From an uncultured Spirochaetales bacterium (GTDB taxonomy: Bacteria; Myxococcota_A; UBA9160; JAFDDA01), in assembly GCA_964474935.1 (NCBI GenBank), contig CAYYUT010000001.1, positions 1 to 37,172 of the forward strand: a stretch of 37,172 nucleotides of DNA, read 5' to 3'. The notes below the pieces were generated by a model. The model saw nothing but the letters and a program-made list of their open reading frames with translations. It had not been told where the DNA came from and made no database searches. Of this stretch, positions 15,775 through 24,395 are shown one piece after another (the stretch's first letter is position 1; each line of letters starts with the position of its first letter). Position numbers and translations under genes: made by a program.

Positions 15775-16809
15775 ATGAAAGACAAGGATCGATACTGGGA
15801 CTGCCTCGATCATGCCATGGAAGCCTCGCACGGTGGCCGCACCGAAGAGGCGATGGCGTGGCTCGACGAAGCGTTGAAGGCGCACCCGAACGGCGCCGAG
15901 GCTCACAATGGGCGCGGCGAGATCCTCTGGGACGAGGGCAAGGTCGACGAAGCGGTCTACGAGTTCGAGCACGCGACGCTGGCCGATCCCAAGTTCGCCA
16001 CCGCCCACCTGAACCGCGCCGAGCTCCTGATCGAAGAGCTCGGTGAGTACGAAGAGTCGGTCTCGCTCTGCGATCGCCTGCTTTCGGGCGCGGGTGAGCT
16101 GCCGCGTCTCGACCGCGTGCTCGAGGCCGAGATCTACTACCTCAAGTCGAAGGCCTGCTTCTACGTCGACGACCTCGAGGGCGCGCTCTTCCTGGTGCGC
16201 CGCGCGATCAAGTCGGCCGGTGACCAGCCCATCTACCTCGCCTTCGAAGGCCAGATCCTGTTCGAGCTGAGCCGCTTCGAGGAGGCGCGCCGCCGCCTCG
16301 AACGCTCGGTGGCCATGGACGGCGAGTCGGCGCACGCGGTCTACCACCTCGCCCTCGTGCTCGAGCGGCTCGGGCAGGACGAGCCGTCGGCCGAGTGTTT
16401 CGAGAAGGCCGACGCCCTCGACGGCGACCACTACCCGGCGCCGGTCCGCGTGAGCGAGTCGGTCTTCGAGAAGGCTGCGGCCGAGGCGCTCGACAACCTC
16501 CCGCGCTCGATCCGCGAGTACGTCGAGCACGTGCCGGTGCTGATCGAGGACTTCCCGACCGACGATCTCATGGACGGCGAGAACGTTTCGCCCCAGATCC
16601 TGGGCATCTTCATCGGAGTGCCCCGGACCCAGGCCACCTCGTCCGACGAGCCCGGAATCGACCGGGTCATCCTCTTCAAGAAGAATCTCGAGAAGGTGTG
16701 CCGCGGGCCCGACGAGCTGGTCGAGCAGATCCAGGTGACCGTGAAGCACGAGATCGGCCACTACCTCGGGCTCGACGAGGACGATCTGGAGCGTCTCGGT
16801 CTCGGCTGA
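15775..16809 (+). CDS. TPR-repeat protein fused to a C-terminal zincin-like domain (DUF1025-type, HExxH)
   Basis: ATG at 15775. The N-terminal roughly 210 aa contain TPR-like helical repeats (EEAMAWLDEALKAHPNGAEAHNGRGEILWDEGKVDEAVYEFEHATLADPKFATAH). The C-terminal roughly 120 aa match the small metallopeptidase-like family ending in VKHEIGHYLGLDEDDLERLG. Confidence 0.7.
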   Translation: MKDKDRYWDCLDHAMEASHGGRTEEAMAWLDEALKAHPNGAEAHNGRGEILWDEGKVDEAVYEFEHATLADPKFATAHLNRAELLIEELGEYEESVSLCDRLLSGAGELPRLDRVLEAEIYYLKSKACFYVDDLEGALFLVRRAIKSAGDQPIYLAFEGQILFELSRFEEARRRLERSVAMDGESAHAVYHLALVLERLGQDEPSAECFEKADALDGDHYPAPVRVSESVFEKAAAEALDNLPRSIREYVEHVPVLIEDFPTDDLMDGENVSPQILGIFIGVPRTQATSSDEPGIDRVILFKKNLEKVCRGPDELVEQIQVTVKHEIGHYLGLDEDDLERLGLG

Positions 16810-16816
16810 TCGATCC

Positions 16817-18280
16817 ATGTCGCCTTCCTCCCCGCTGCCGTCCGCCACCGCGCTCGCGGACGAGCTCGTTGCGATCGTCGGGGCCGATGCGTGTCTCTCC
16901 GACCCGGTCTCCCTCTTCCCCTTCGAGAGCGACGGCAGCACGCTGCATCCCACGATGCCCGGGGTCGTCGTGTTCCCGACCCGTCGCGAGCAGGTGGCCG
17001 ACGTGGTGCGCGCCTGTCGCCGACACGGCCGAAGCTTCGTGGCGCGGGGTGCGGGCACCGGGCTCTCGGGAGGCGCGCTTCCCTGCAACGGCGCGGTGCT
17101 GATCGAATGCTCGCGAATGAACCGGATCCTGGACGTCGACCCCGTCGATCGCACGGCTCGGGTCGAGCCGGGGGTGGTGAACGCCGACCTCTCGAAGGCC
17201 GTGGCCCCATTCGGTCTCTTCTATGCCCCCGATCCCTCGAGTCAGGCCGCCTGCACGATCGGCGGGAACATCGCCGAGAACGCCGGCGGGCCCCACACGC
17301 TCAAGTACGGGACCACCACCAACCACGTGCTGGCCCTCGAGCTGGTGACCGCGGACGGACACATCGTCGAGCTCGGTTCGCCCACGGGGTTCGGCCCGGG
17401 CTACGACCTGGTCGGGGCCGTGGTCGGGAGCGAGGGGACCCTCGGGGTGGTGACGGCCGCCACCGTCCGGCTCGTACCGATTCCCGAACGCACCGAGACG
17501 CTGCTCGCGCTCTTCGACGACGTGGTCTCGGCCTGTCGTGCGGTCGGGACGATCATTCGGGCCGGGCTCGTGCCGTCGGCCATGGAGATCGTCGATCGTC
17601 GCACCGTCGAAGTGGTCGAAGCGAGCCGCTACGCGGCCGGGCTCCCCACCGACGCCGGCGCCGTCCTGATCGTCGAGCTCGACGGTCCGGCGCCTTCGGT
17701 CGAGGCCCAACTCCGCTCGGTGTCGACGCACGCGCGCGAGGCTGGGGCCTTCCGGGTCGACGTCGCGCGCGACGCCGACGAGCGCCAGCGTTTCTGGCGC
17801 GCCCGGAAGGGTGCCTTCGGCGCGCTCGGACGCCTGGCCCCCGACCTCTACGTCCACGACGCCGTGGTTCCGCGCTCGAAGCTTCCCGAGGCCATCGATC
17901 GGATCACCGCCATCGGCGAGCGCCACGCGATCCGGCTCTCGAACGTGTTCCACGCGGGCGACGGGAACATGCACCCGAACATCTCGTTCGACCGACGCGA
18001 CCCCGACGAGACCGCGCGCGTGATGGCCGCGGGCGACGAGATCCTGCGCACCTGCGTCGAGCTCGGAGGCGTCATCACGGGAGAGCACGGGGTCGGAACC
18101 GAGAAGCGCGACTTCATGTCGCTGCTCTTCGGCGAGGCGGACTTCGCGGCGATGCGGCGACTGCGCCACGCCTTCGACCCCGACGAGATGAGCAACCCGG
18201 GGAAGGTGTTCCCCTCGACCCGCTTCTGCGCCGAGTCGAACCCGAAGGCGCGAGGCTACGACGAGGTGCCCTTCGAATGA
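16817..18280 (+). CDS. glcD: Glycolate oxidase subunit GlcD (FAD-linked oxidase)
   Basis: 487 aa with an FAD-binding PCMH domain (VVFPTRREQVADVVRACRRHGRSFVARGAGTGLSGGA; TIGGNIAENAGGPHTLKYGTT) and a C-terminal FAD-oxidase domain (HAGDGNMHP, GEHGVG). It is followed by glcE- and glcF-like genes. Confidence 0.85.
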   Translation: MSPSSPLPSATALADELVAIVGADACLSDPVSLFPFESDGSTLHPTMPGVVVFPTRREQVADVVRACRRHGRSFVARGAGTGLSGGALPCNGAVLIECSRMNRILDVDPVDRTARVEPGVVNADLSKAVAPFGLFYAPDPSSQAACTIGGNIAENAGGPHTLKYGTTTNHVLALELVTADGHIVELGSPTGFGPGYDLVGAVVGSEGTLGVVTAATVRLVPIPERTETLLALFDDVVSACRAVGTIIRAGLVPSAMEIVDRRTVEVVEASRYAAGLPTDAGAVLIVELDGPAPSVEAQLRSVSTHAREAGAFRVDVARDADERQRFWRARKGAFGALGRLAPDLYVHDAVVPRSKLPEAIDRITAIGERHAIRLSNVFHAGDGNMHPNISFDRRDPDETARVMAAGDEILRTCVELGGVITGEHGVGTEKRDFMSLLFGEADFAAMRRLRHAFDPDEMSNPGKVFPSTRFCAESNPKARGYDEVPFE

Positions 18281-19599
18281 AGTCCTCGGCGCTGTGCGAT
18301 GCCCTCGTGCAGGGGCTCGCCGCGAGGTGGCCGGGAGCCGAGGCCGGCCTGCGTCGGCATGCGCCGGTCGAGCTCGACGGCGTGAAGCTCGAGGCCACCT
18401 TCGCCCCCGACCGCCCCGATGTCCTGGCCGCCGGTCTCGGTCTCGTCGCCGAACGGGGCGGCGCGGTCCTCGTGGTGGGCGGGGGCAGTCGCCTCGCGGC
18501 GGGCAATCCGGTCGAGCGCGCCGATCTGTGTCTGTCGACGCTGGCGCTCGCCGGGATCGAGGAGCTCGACCGCGAGGACGGCGTCGTGCGCGCGGGGGCC
18601 GGGACGCCGCTCGCGACGCTCGCCGAGGCCGCCGCCGAGGCGGGCTGGTGTCTTCCGCTCGAGCCCGCCACCCCGGCGAGCACCCTCGCCGGAACGCTCG
18701 CCGCAGCCGGCGTCGGTCCGCGCGCGACCGGCCTGGGCCGTCCGCGCGACGCGGTGCTCGGGCTTGACGTGGCCCTCGCCGATGGGAGCCTCACTCGGAT
18801 CGGCGCGCGCGTGGTGAAGAACGTCACCGGCTACGACCTCGCGAAGCTCCACACGGGGGCCTGCGGGACGCTCGGGGTGATCGCCGCGGTCTGGCTTCGG
18901 CTGCGTCCGAGGCCGGCCGTCGCGTCGCTGCTCGGCGTTCGGCTCGCCGACCCGGGCGAAGCGCTCGAGGTGTCGCGTCGCACGTCGGTGCGGGTCGCGG
19001 CCGTGCTCGCGGGGGCGCCGGCGCGCCGGGCCCTGGCCGGGGCGTCGGGTCTGCTCGAGGGCTCGGACGGCTCGGCCATCCTCCTGGTCGAGCTGGCGGG
19101 CGACGCGGCGGCGGTGGCCCACGACCGCGACTGGCTGGCCGACCGCGCCGCGACCTGCGAGCTCGGGGCCGGTGCGGTCGATGCCCTCCGCGACTGGCAG
19201 GCCGAGGCCGTGAGGCCCGGCGAGGCGCGCGTCCGCTTCGACGTTCGGGCGAGCCGCGCCGCGCCGATGATGGAATGGCTGGACGCGGTCCTCGAGAGGC
19301 TTCCCTCCGACGCAGCCGCGGCCGGCACCGCACTGCACCCGGCGCTCGGCCTCGCCTGGCTCCGCGGACCGCTCGACGCCGCGCCCGAGCATGCCGCGGT
19401 GATGCTCGACGGCTGGACGCGCGAGGGAGCGGATGTCGGCGGCGGCCACGCGCTCTGCGACGCGATTCCGCACGCGCTTCGCCCTTCCCGCGATGTCTTC
19501 GGGCCGGAGGCGCCGGGTCTCGTGCTCGCGCGGTCGCTCAAGCAGCAGTTCGACCCGGGTCGGGTGCTCAACCCGGGACGCTTCTGGGGACGTCTGTGA
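18277..19599 (+). CDS. glcE: Glycolate oxidase FAD-binding subunit GlcE-like
   Basis: The ATG at 18277 overlaps the glcD stop (ATGA). An FAD-binding-domain-like sequence is present (VLVVGGGSRLAAGNP, VVRAGAGTPLATLAEAA, VKNVTGYDLAKLHTGACGTLGVI), and the C-terminus is FDPGRVLNPGRF. The position between glcD and glcF supports the call. At 440 aa it is longer than the E. coli protein as I recall it. Confidence 0.7.
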   Translation: MKSSALCDALVQGLAARWPGAEAGLRRHAPVELDGVKLEATFAPDRPDVLAAGLGLVAERGGAVLVVGGGSRLAAGNPVERADLCLSTLALAGIEELDREDGVVRAGAGTPLATLAEAAAEAGWCLPLEPATPASTLAGTLAAAGVGPRATGLGRPRDAVLGLDVALADGSLTRIGARVVKNVTGYDLAKLHTGACGTLGVIAAVWLRLRPRPAVASLLGVRLADPGEALEVSRRTSVRVAAVLAGAPARRALAGASGLLEGSDGSAILLVELAGDAAAVAHDRDWLADRAATCELGAGAVDALRDWQAEAVRPGEARVRFDVRASRAAPMMEWLDAVLERLPSDAAAAGTALHPALGLAWLRGPLDAAPEHAAVMLDGWTREGADVGGGHALCDAIPHALRPSRDVFGPEAPGLVLARSLKQQFDPGRVLNPGRFWGRL

Positions 19600-20960
19600 T
19601 GGGAGCACCTCGCTCGGCTGAGGCCGAACCCGAAGCCGAGCCCCGCGGCCCGGAGACCCACCCCGCATCGCCCGCGGCGTCCGGCTCTCCGCTCGAGCGG
19701 GCCTACGAGCGGAGCCTCGACTGCGTCCATTGCGGTCTCTGCCTTCCGGTCTGTCCGACCTATCGCGAGACCGGGCGCGAGACGTCCTCGCCGCGTGGAC
19801 GGATCTATCTGGCGCGCGGCGCGGCCGAAGGTCGCATCCCGCTCGGCGCAGTGGTCGCCGACGAGATGCATCTCTGCCTCGGCTGCCGGGCCTGCGAGAC
19901 CGCTTGCCCATCGGGTGTGCGCTTCGGTGCGATGCTCGAGGACGTCCGCGAAGCGGTGGCCGACCACGGGCTCCGGCGCGGGGTGGTGCCCGGGATCGAG
20001 CGCTTCGCGTTGCGCGCCCTCGTGGCGCATCCGGCGCGCCTCCGAGCCGTCGTGACCCTCGTCGTCTGGGGGCTCCGGCTGCGTCTCGATCGCTGGCTCG
20101 GGCCGCTCCTGCCGGAACGACTGCGCTCGGCTCGCGATCTGCTCGGGCGCCCACCCGGCCGCGCGGAACGGCGACGCCTTCCGGACCGTATCGCGGCGGT
20201 CGGCGAGGTCCGGGGCCGGGTGGCGCTGCTCGAGGGCTGCATCATGCCCGAGCTCTTCGGACGGGTGAACGCGGCGACGGCGCGGGTCCTCGCCCTGAAC
20301 GGCTTCGAGGTGAGCGTGCCTCCGGGGCAGGGCTGCTGCGGCGCTCTCTCGGCGCACGCGGGTCTCGCCGGATTGGCCCGCGAGCAGCTCGAGCGCAATC
20401 TCGAGGCGTTCGACGACGACGAGGCTTCGGTCATCGTGAGCAACTCGGCGGGGTGCGGCGCCGCCATGCGGGACGCCGGCGAATGGCTCCCCGGTCGGGC
20501 CGAGGCCTTCGCGGCGCGGGTGCGCGACGTGAGCGAGCTGCTCGCGGCCGAGGGGCTGCGCGCGCCGATGCGTCCGCTCGGACTGCGGGTCGCCTACGAC
20601 GATCCCTGCCATCTCGTTCACGGACAGGGCGTGCGCGATGCACCGCGGAGGCTGCTCGACGCGATTCCCGGCCTCGAGCGGATCGTGCACGACGACCCGG
20701 GCGGCTGCTGTGGCGCCGCCGGCACCTACAACCTGACGCAGCCCGAGATGTCGCGCGCGGTGCTCGAGCCGAAGATCCGGGCGATCGTGCGGGCCGCGCC
20801 CGACGTCGTCGCGACCGGGAACCCGGGCTGCATGATGCAGCTCCGCGCCGGGCTCGCCCGCGCCGGGTCGCCGATCCGGGTCGCGCACCCGATCGAACTC
20901 CTCGACGAGGCCACCGTCGGCGACCTCTCCGTCGACCGAAGAGGCGCTCGAATCGGCTGA
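19599..20960 (+). CDS. glcF: Glycolate oxidase iron-sulfur subunit GlcF
   Basis: Two 4Fe-4S ferredoxin motifs (CVHCGLCLPVCP and CLGCRACETACP) and two CCG-type Cys-rich domains (GCCGALS, GCCGAAG, NPGCMMQL). The ATG at 19599 shares one base with the glcE stop (TGATG). An alternative GTG lies at 19596. Confidence 0.85.
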   Translation: MGAPRSAEAEPEAEPRGPETHPASPAASGSPLERAYERSLDCVHCGLCLPVCPTYRETGRETSSPRGRIYLARGAAEGRIPLGAVVADEMHLCLGCRACETACPSGVRFGAMLEDVREAVADHGLRRGVVPGIERFALRALVAHPARLRAVVTLVVWGLRLRLDRWLGPLLPERLRSARDLLGRPPGRAERRRLPDRIAAVGEVRGRVALLEGCIMPELFGRVNAATARVLALNGFEVSVPPGQGCCGALSAHAGLAGLAREQLERNLEAFDDDEASVIVSNSAGCGAAMRDAGEWLPGRAEAFAARVRDVSELLAAEGLRAPMRPLGLRVAYDDPCHLVHGQGVRDAPRRLLDAIPGLERIVHDDPGGCCGAAGTYNLTQPEMSRAVLEPKIRAIVRAAPDVVATGNPGCMMQLRAGLARAGSPIRVAHPIELLDEATVGDLSVDRRGARIG

Positions 20961-21023
20961 CGAAGCTCTGCACCGCTGCCGTGGGGGCGCGGGTGGCCGC
21001 CGGACCCCTCGCGATCGTGGGCG

Positions 21024-23372
21024 CTAGCGGTACAGGATGGCGTCGGGCGTCGGCTTGGGCATCCGGATGCGCGGGAAGACGCCGAAGCCGAAGTCGTAGA
21101 GCGAGCCCTGGACCACGATCTCGAAGGGCAGGATCGATTCGCGGCTGCGCACCAGGCCGTACTTCTCGCGCATGCCCTCGAAGGCGTAGCTCGAACGGGC
21201 CGTGGGGCGCCGGTCGGGTCGGTCGGAGAGTCCGAGCCGCGCCCGCTCGAAGTAGAGATCGCGATCGGCGTCGGATTCGTGCTCGTAGTCGCTGTCGAGC
21301 GTGGCGAGCCGCAGCGACGTCTCGTCGACCAGGGCGACCAGACGCGCGAGCCGCTCGGCAGAGACCTGGCGATACTCGGTCTCGGGCGGATCGCCCGCCT
21401 TGCCGCTCGCCGCCAGGTAGTCGAAGCGGAGCGTGCGTGCGCCGACCAGGGTGACCCCGTTCGGGTGGAGCTCGCCGTTGCGCTCCTTGCCATCGAGGAG
21501 CTCGGGGGCGAGCCCCAGGCCGTCGGGCCCGGCGATGTGGGGATGGTCCTCGAGGAAGCCCCGCGACAACCGGATCTCCTGCGGCGTGGCGTGCTGCGCC
21601 TGCTCGCGTGCGAGCAGGCCCGCGCGGTGTCCAGCCGGGGTACCCGGGTCGTCGCGGGCCACCCGCTGCAGCAGGCTCAGGCGCAGATCGCTCTGCTTCT
21701 CGCGTTGCGCTGCTTCGAGCTTCTGCTTGGCCGCGCGCTCGCGCAGCTCGGCCAGCTCGGTCTCGCTGCGGTCGGACACCATGCGCGCGGCTTCGAGGGC
21801 CCCCACCCAGTTGCCTCGGCGCCGCTCGTAGTCCTCGAGCCAGCCGGCCAGCTCGTCGCGATGCTCACCGTCCTCGAAGCGTTCGAGATAGCGACGCGCC
21901 AACACGGCAGGCTTGCGTCCGAAGGGCCACGGCTTGAGCCACGGATACCGGACGAGACGGTTCGGCATCGACATGAGCATCTGCGCCATCATCGGTGCGT
22001 CGATCATCCATTCGAGCGGGGGAGGCAGGTCGCGGTCGCGCGGTCCTCCCGCGAAAGGACCGAACAGGATCCAGAGCGCCTGGTCGCGCGAGTCCTTGGA
22101 TCGCTCGCTCCGGAACACCCGATACGGGTTGTGGACGGGGCTCTCGTAGAGAGCGCGGGCATGTCGGGCCATGTTGTGGTCGGGGGTCGTCCCGTCAGAG
22201 GCCAGGGCCTCGAGCTCGCGCCACATCTCGGCTTCGGCGCCCCGTTCGTGCATGGCCGTCGCGAGCGCGAAGCGCGCCTCGTCGGCCAGCGGGCCGTCCG
22301 GGTCGGCCCGAAGCAGCCGCCCGGCCTCGGCCTCGAGGTTCTCGGGTCGTGCGAGCAGCGCCAACAGCAGCGGACGAATGCTCTCGGGATCGGCCGCCGT
22401 GCCCCAGCGCGGGTTGGACGCCTCGAGTGTGACGTCGCGGTCGGTTCGCCAGCGGTCGATGTCCCCGAGCGCCTGCTCGCGCAACCGCAGGGCCGTCGGA
22501 TGCTCCGGCGCGTAGTGCAGCGCCCGCTCCGTCATCAGATACGCCACGCGCGGGCTGTCGTGCTCGAGCGCCCGGCGGGCCAGCTTGAGCGAGCGCTCCC
22601 GTTGCATGCGATACCAGCGCCCCTGGGCGTCCTCGACCCGATCGACCAGATCGCCCGCCCGCTCCGAGTCGGGGTGGGCCTCGAGGAAGCTCTTCCAGTG
22701 GATCAGGGCCTGACGCTCGGTGGTGTCGATCGGCTCGCGCGCCATCTCGGTGAGGAGGGCCGAGAGGGCACCGCGGGCGAGACCCGCGAAGGCGAGGGTG
22801 CCGGTCATGAGCGACTTCCCGACGGGCGCCGAGAAGGCATTGAAGATGCGCCCGAAGCGACGGACGAGCGAGTCGCGGATGCGGCGGTCGGCGAGGCGCA
22901 ACGGATCGTCGTCCCGCTCCTGCTCGAGCCGCGCGCGGAGCCCCGGATCGAGGTGGCTCCGGTCGAGCAGCTCGGCGACGGCTTCGCGATAGGCGACCGG
23001 GTCGTCGAGGGTGGCGAGCACCGCGTTGCGCGCGTAGGCGCCGAGCCCCTGCTCCGAGCGGGGGCGCTCCGCCTCGATGCGATCGATACGGTCCAGGGCC
23101 TCGAGCGCTCCGGCCCGATCGTCGGCCAGCACGGCCGCCGCCAGATCGCTCGCGGCCAGGTCCTCGTCGTCCGGCATCATCGCGCCCACGGTCGGGAGCG
23201 GCTCGATGGGCGAGTCGCTGGGGCGGACGCTCGGCGTCGCGCAGGCCGCGAGTCCCAGCGCAAGGACGAACGGCAGGATCGCGACGAGGGCCCGCTCGGG
23301 GCGCCCGCCGGGGCGCGCCTTCCGTCCGCTCCGCCCGATCCGGTCGTCCCGCCTACTGGGTGAAGCGGTCAT
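21024..23372 (-). CDS. Large (782 aa) predicted lipoprotein, function unknown
   Basis: ATG at 23372. A positively charged N-terminus is followed by a hydrophobic helix and a lipobox (LPFVLALGLAAC). The rest looks mostly helical, with a central Trp/Pro/Met-rich segment (LEWMIDAPMMAQMLMSMPNRLVRYPWLKPWPFG). High GC3 and a realistic composition contrast with the Arg/Gly-rich antisense ORF at 21279-23363. No family recognised. Confidence 0.7.
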   Translation of the reverse strand: MTASPSRRDDRIGRSGRKARPGGRPERALVAILPFVLALGLAACATPSVRPSDSPIEPLPTVGAMMPDDEDLAASDLAAAVLADDRAGALEALDRIDRIEAERPRSEQGLGAYARNAVLATLDDPVAYREAVAELLDRSHLDPGLRARLEQERDDDPLRLADRRIRDSLVRRFGRIFNAFSAPVGKSLMTGTLAFAGLARGALSALLTEMAREPIDTTERQALIHWKSFLEAHPDSERAGDLVDRVEDAQGRWYRMQRERSLKLARRALEHDSPRVAYLMTERALHYAPEHPTALRLREQALGDIDRWRTDRDVTLEASNPRWGTAADPESIRPLLLALLARPENLEAEAGRLLRADPDGPLADEARFALATAMHERGAEAEMWRELEALASDGTTPDHNMARHARALYESPVHNPYRVFRSERSKDSRDQALWILFGPFAGGPRDRDLPPPLEWMIDAPMMAQMLMSMPNRLVRYPWLKPWPFGRKPAVLARRYLERFEDGEHRDELAGWLEDYERRRGNWVGALEAARMVSDRSETELAELRERAAKQKLEAAQREKQSDLRLSLLQRVARDDPGTPAGHRAGLLAREQAQHATPQEIRLSRGFLEDHPHIAGPDGLGLAPELLDGKERNGELHPNGVTLVGARTLRFDYLAASGKAGDPPETEYRQVSAERLARLVALVDETSLRLATLDSDYEHESDADRDLYFERARLGLSDRPDRRPTARSSYAFEGMREKYGLVRSRESILPFEIVVQGSLYDFGFGVFPRIRMPKPTPDAILYR

Positions 23373-24363
23373 GATCCACCTTGAGGGTGAAGGCCAGGAA
23401 CGCCTCGAGCCGTCGCGTGGCGGCGAGCTTCTCGGCCGACCCGTCCTGGTTCGCGACGGCCTGGTAGAGGCGCGACGCCGAGTCGACGAGGTCCTGGAAG
23501 ACGGGCGGGTCGAAGAGCAGGCCCTCGGGCGGATGGCTGAGGACGTAGTCGCGAGCGATGTCGGCGTACAGGTCGGCGAGCATCAGCAGGTTCCGGTTGG
23601 CGTTCTTGCTCTCGCGGTGGCGGACGACGACGCGCTGGGTCTCGCCGAGGGCGCGCACGTTGCCGTCCCGATCGAGCAGCCGGCGGGCCGCGAAGAAGCG
23701 CGAGCGAGCCAGGTCGGCGCGCTCGATCTCCTCACGCACGATGGCCTCGAAATGCGTCCCCTCGACTTCGTCGAGGAGCGCCTCGAGCAGGGCGACGCGC
23801 TGGTCGTAGCCGACGATCACGTCGTCGTGGCCGATGGGTTCGACGGGCGCTTCGGACGCCTCGCCGGCATCGGCCCGGTGCGACGGGTCGTAGCCGAGCC
23901 GCGTGGACTCCTCGAGTGCGTCGCAGATCGCGGCGCTCTGCAGGGCTTCGAGCTCGAGCGGGCCTTCGTGACGCGCCGCCTCCCGATACTGCTCGGCCGC
24001 CAGGTCGTAGGCGCGCAGACGTTCGAGGGAGCGTGCCTTCGAGAAGGCGATCACGTCGTCCAGGTGTCCGGCCCGGAGCACGTTGGCGTGCACCTGCTCG
24101 AGGTTCTCGAGACGGATCAGGGAGGCGCGGTAGATGTTGCGCCCCGAGAAGTCGCGGGCAGGCTCGAAGCGGTAGGTGTCGTCCGGAACGTGGCGCCGGA
24201 GCACCGTGACGATCTCGAGCACGTTCTCGGTGGGGCGGAAGCGCGGGTCGCTCTCGGGCACCGTCCGGCAGCCGGTGGCGGCGAGTGCGACGACGCCGAG
24301 GATCGCGGCGACCGGGCTTCGGAAGGCCCGGCGCGCCCGGCGCTTCGGCAGGTGGCGACGCAT
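23353..24363 (-). CDS. Predicted lipoprotein (336 aa), function unknown
   Basis: ATG at 24363 (MRRHLPKRRARRAF), then VAAILGVVALAATGC (signal plus lipobox). The mature part is helical and acidic. Its 3' end overlaps the start of the 782-aa lipoprotein gene by 20 nt. It starts 32 nt after the cimA stop, on the same strand. Confidence 0.7.
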   Translation of the reverse strand: MRRHLPKRRARRAFRSPVAAILGVVALAATGCRTVPESDPRFRPTENVLEIVTVLRRHVPDDTYRFEPARDFSGRNIYRASLIRLENLEQVHANVLRAGHLDDVIAFSKARSLERLRAYDLAAEQYREAARHEGPLELEALQSAAICDALEESTRLGYDPSHRADAGEASEAPVEPIGHDDVIVGYDQRVALLEALLDEVEGTHFEAIVREEIERADLARSRFFAARRLLDRDGNVRALGETQRVVVRHRESKNANRNLLMLADLYADIARDYVLSHPPEGLLFDPPVFQDLVDSASRLYQAVANQDGSAEKLAATRRLEAFLAFTLKVDHDRFTQ

Positions 24364-24395
24364 GACGCATGAGTATTGAGACCGGGGGCCCGGTG

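Noticed and set aside
18256-20888. Long minus-strand ORFs (632 aa and 685 aa) opposite glcE and glcF
   Set aside because: These are Arg-rich antisense artefacts. The plus-strand frames contain the FAD-binding and 4Fe-4S/CCG motifs of glycolate oxidase subunits.
21279-23363. 694-aa plus-strand ORF opposite the 782-aa lipoprotein gene
   Set aside because: The composition is dominated by Arg/Gly/Glu/Val/Leu, with no signal or motif. The minus-strand product has a signal peptide with lipobox, a normal spread of Trp/Tyr/Lys/Asn/Met/Phe, and high GC3.
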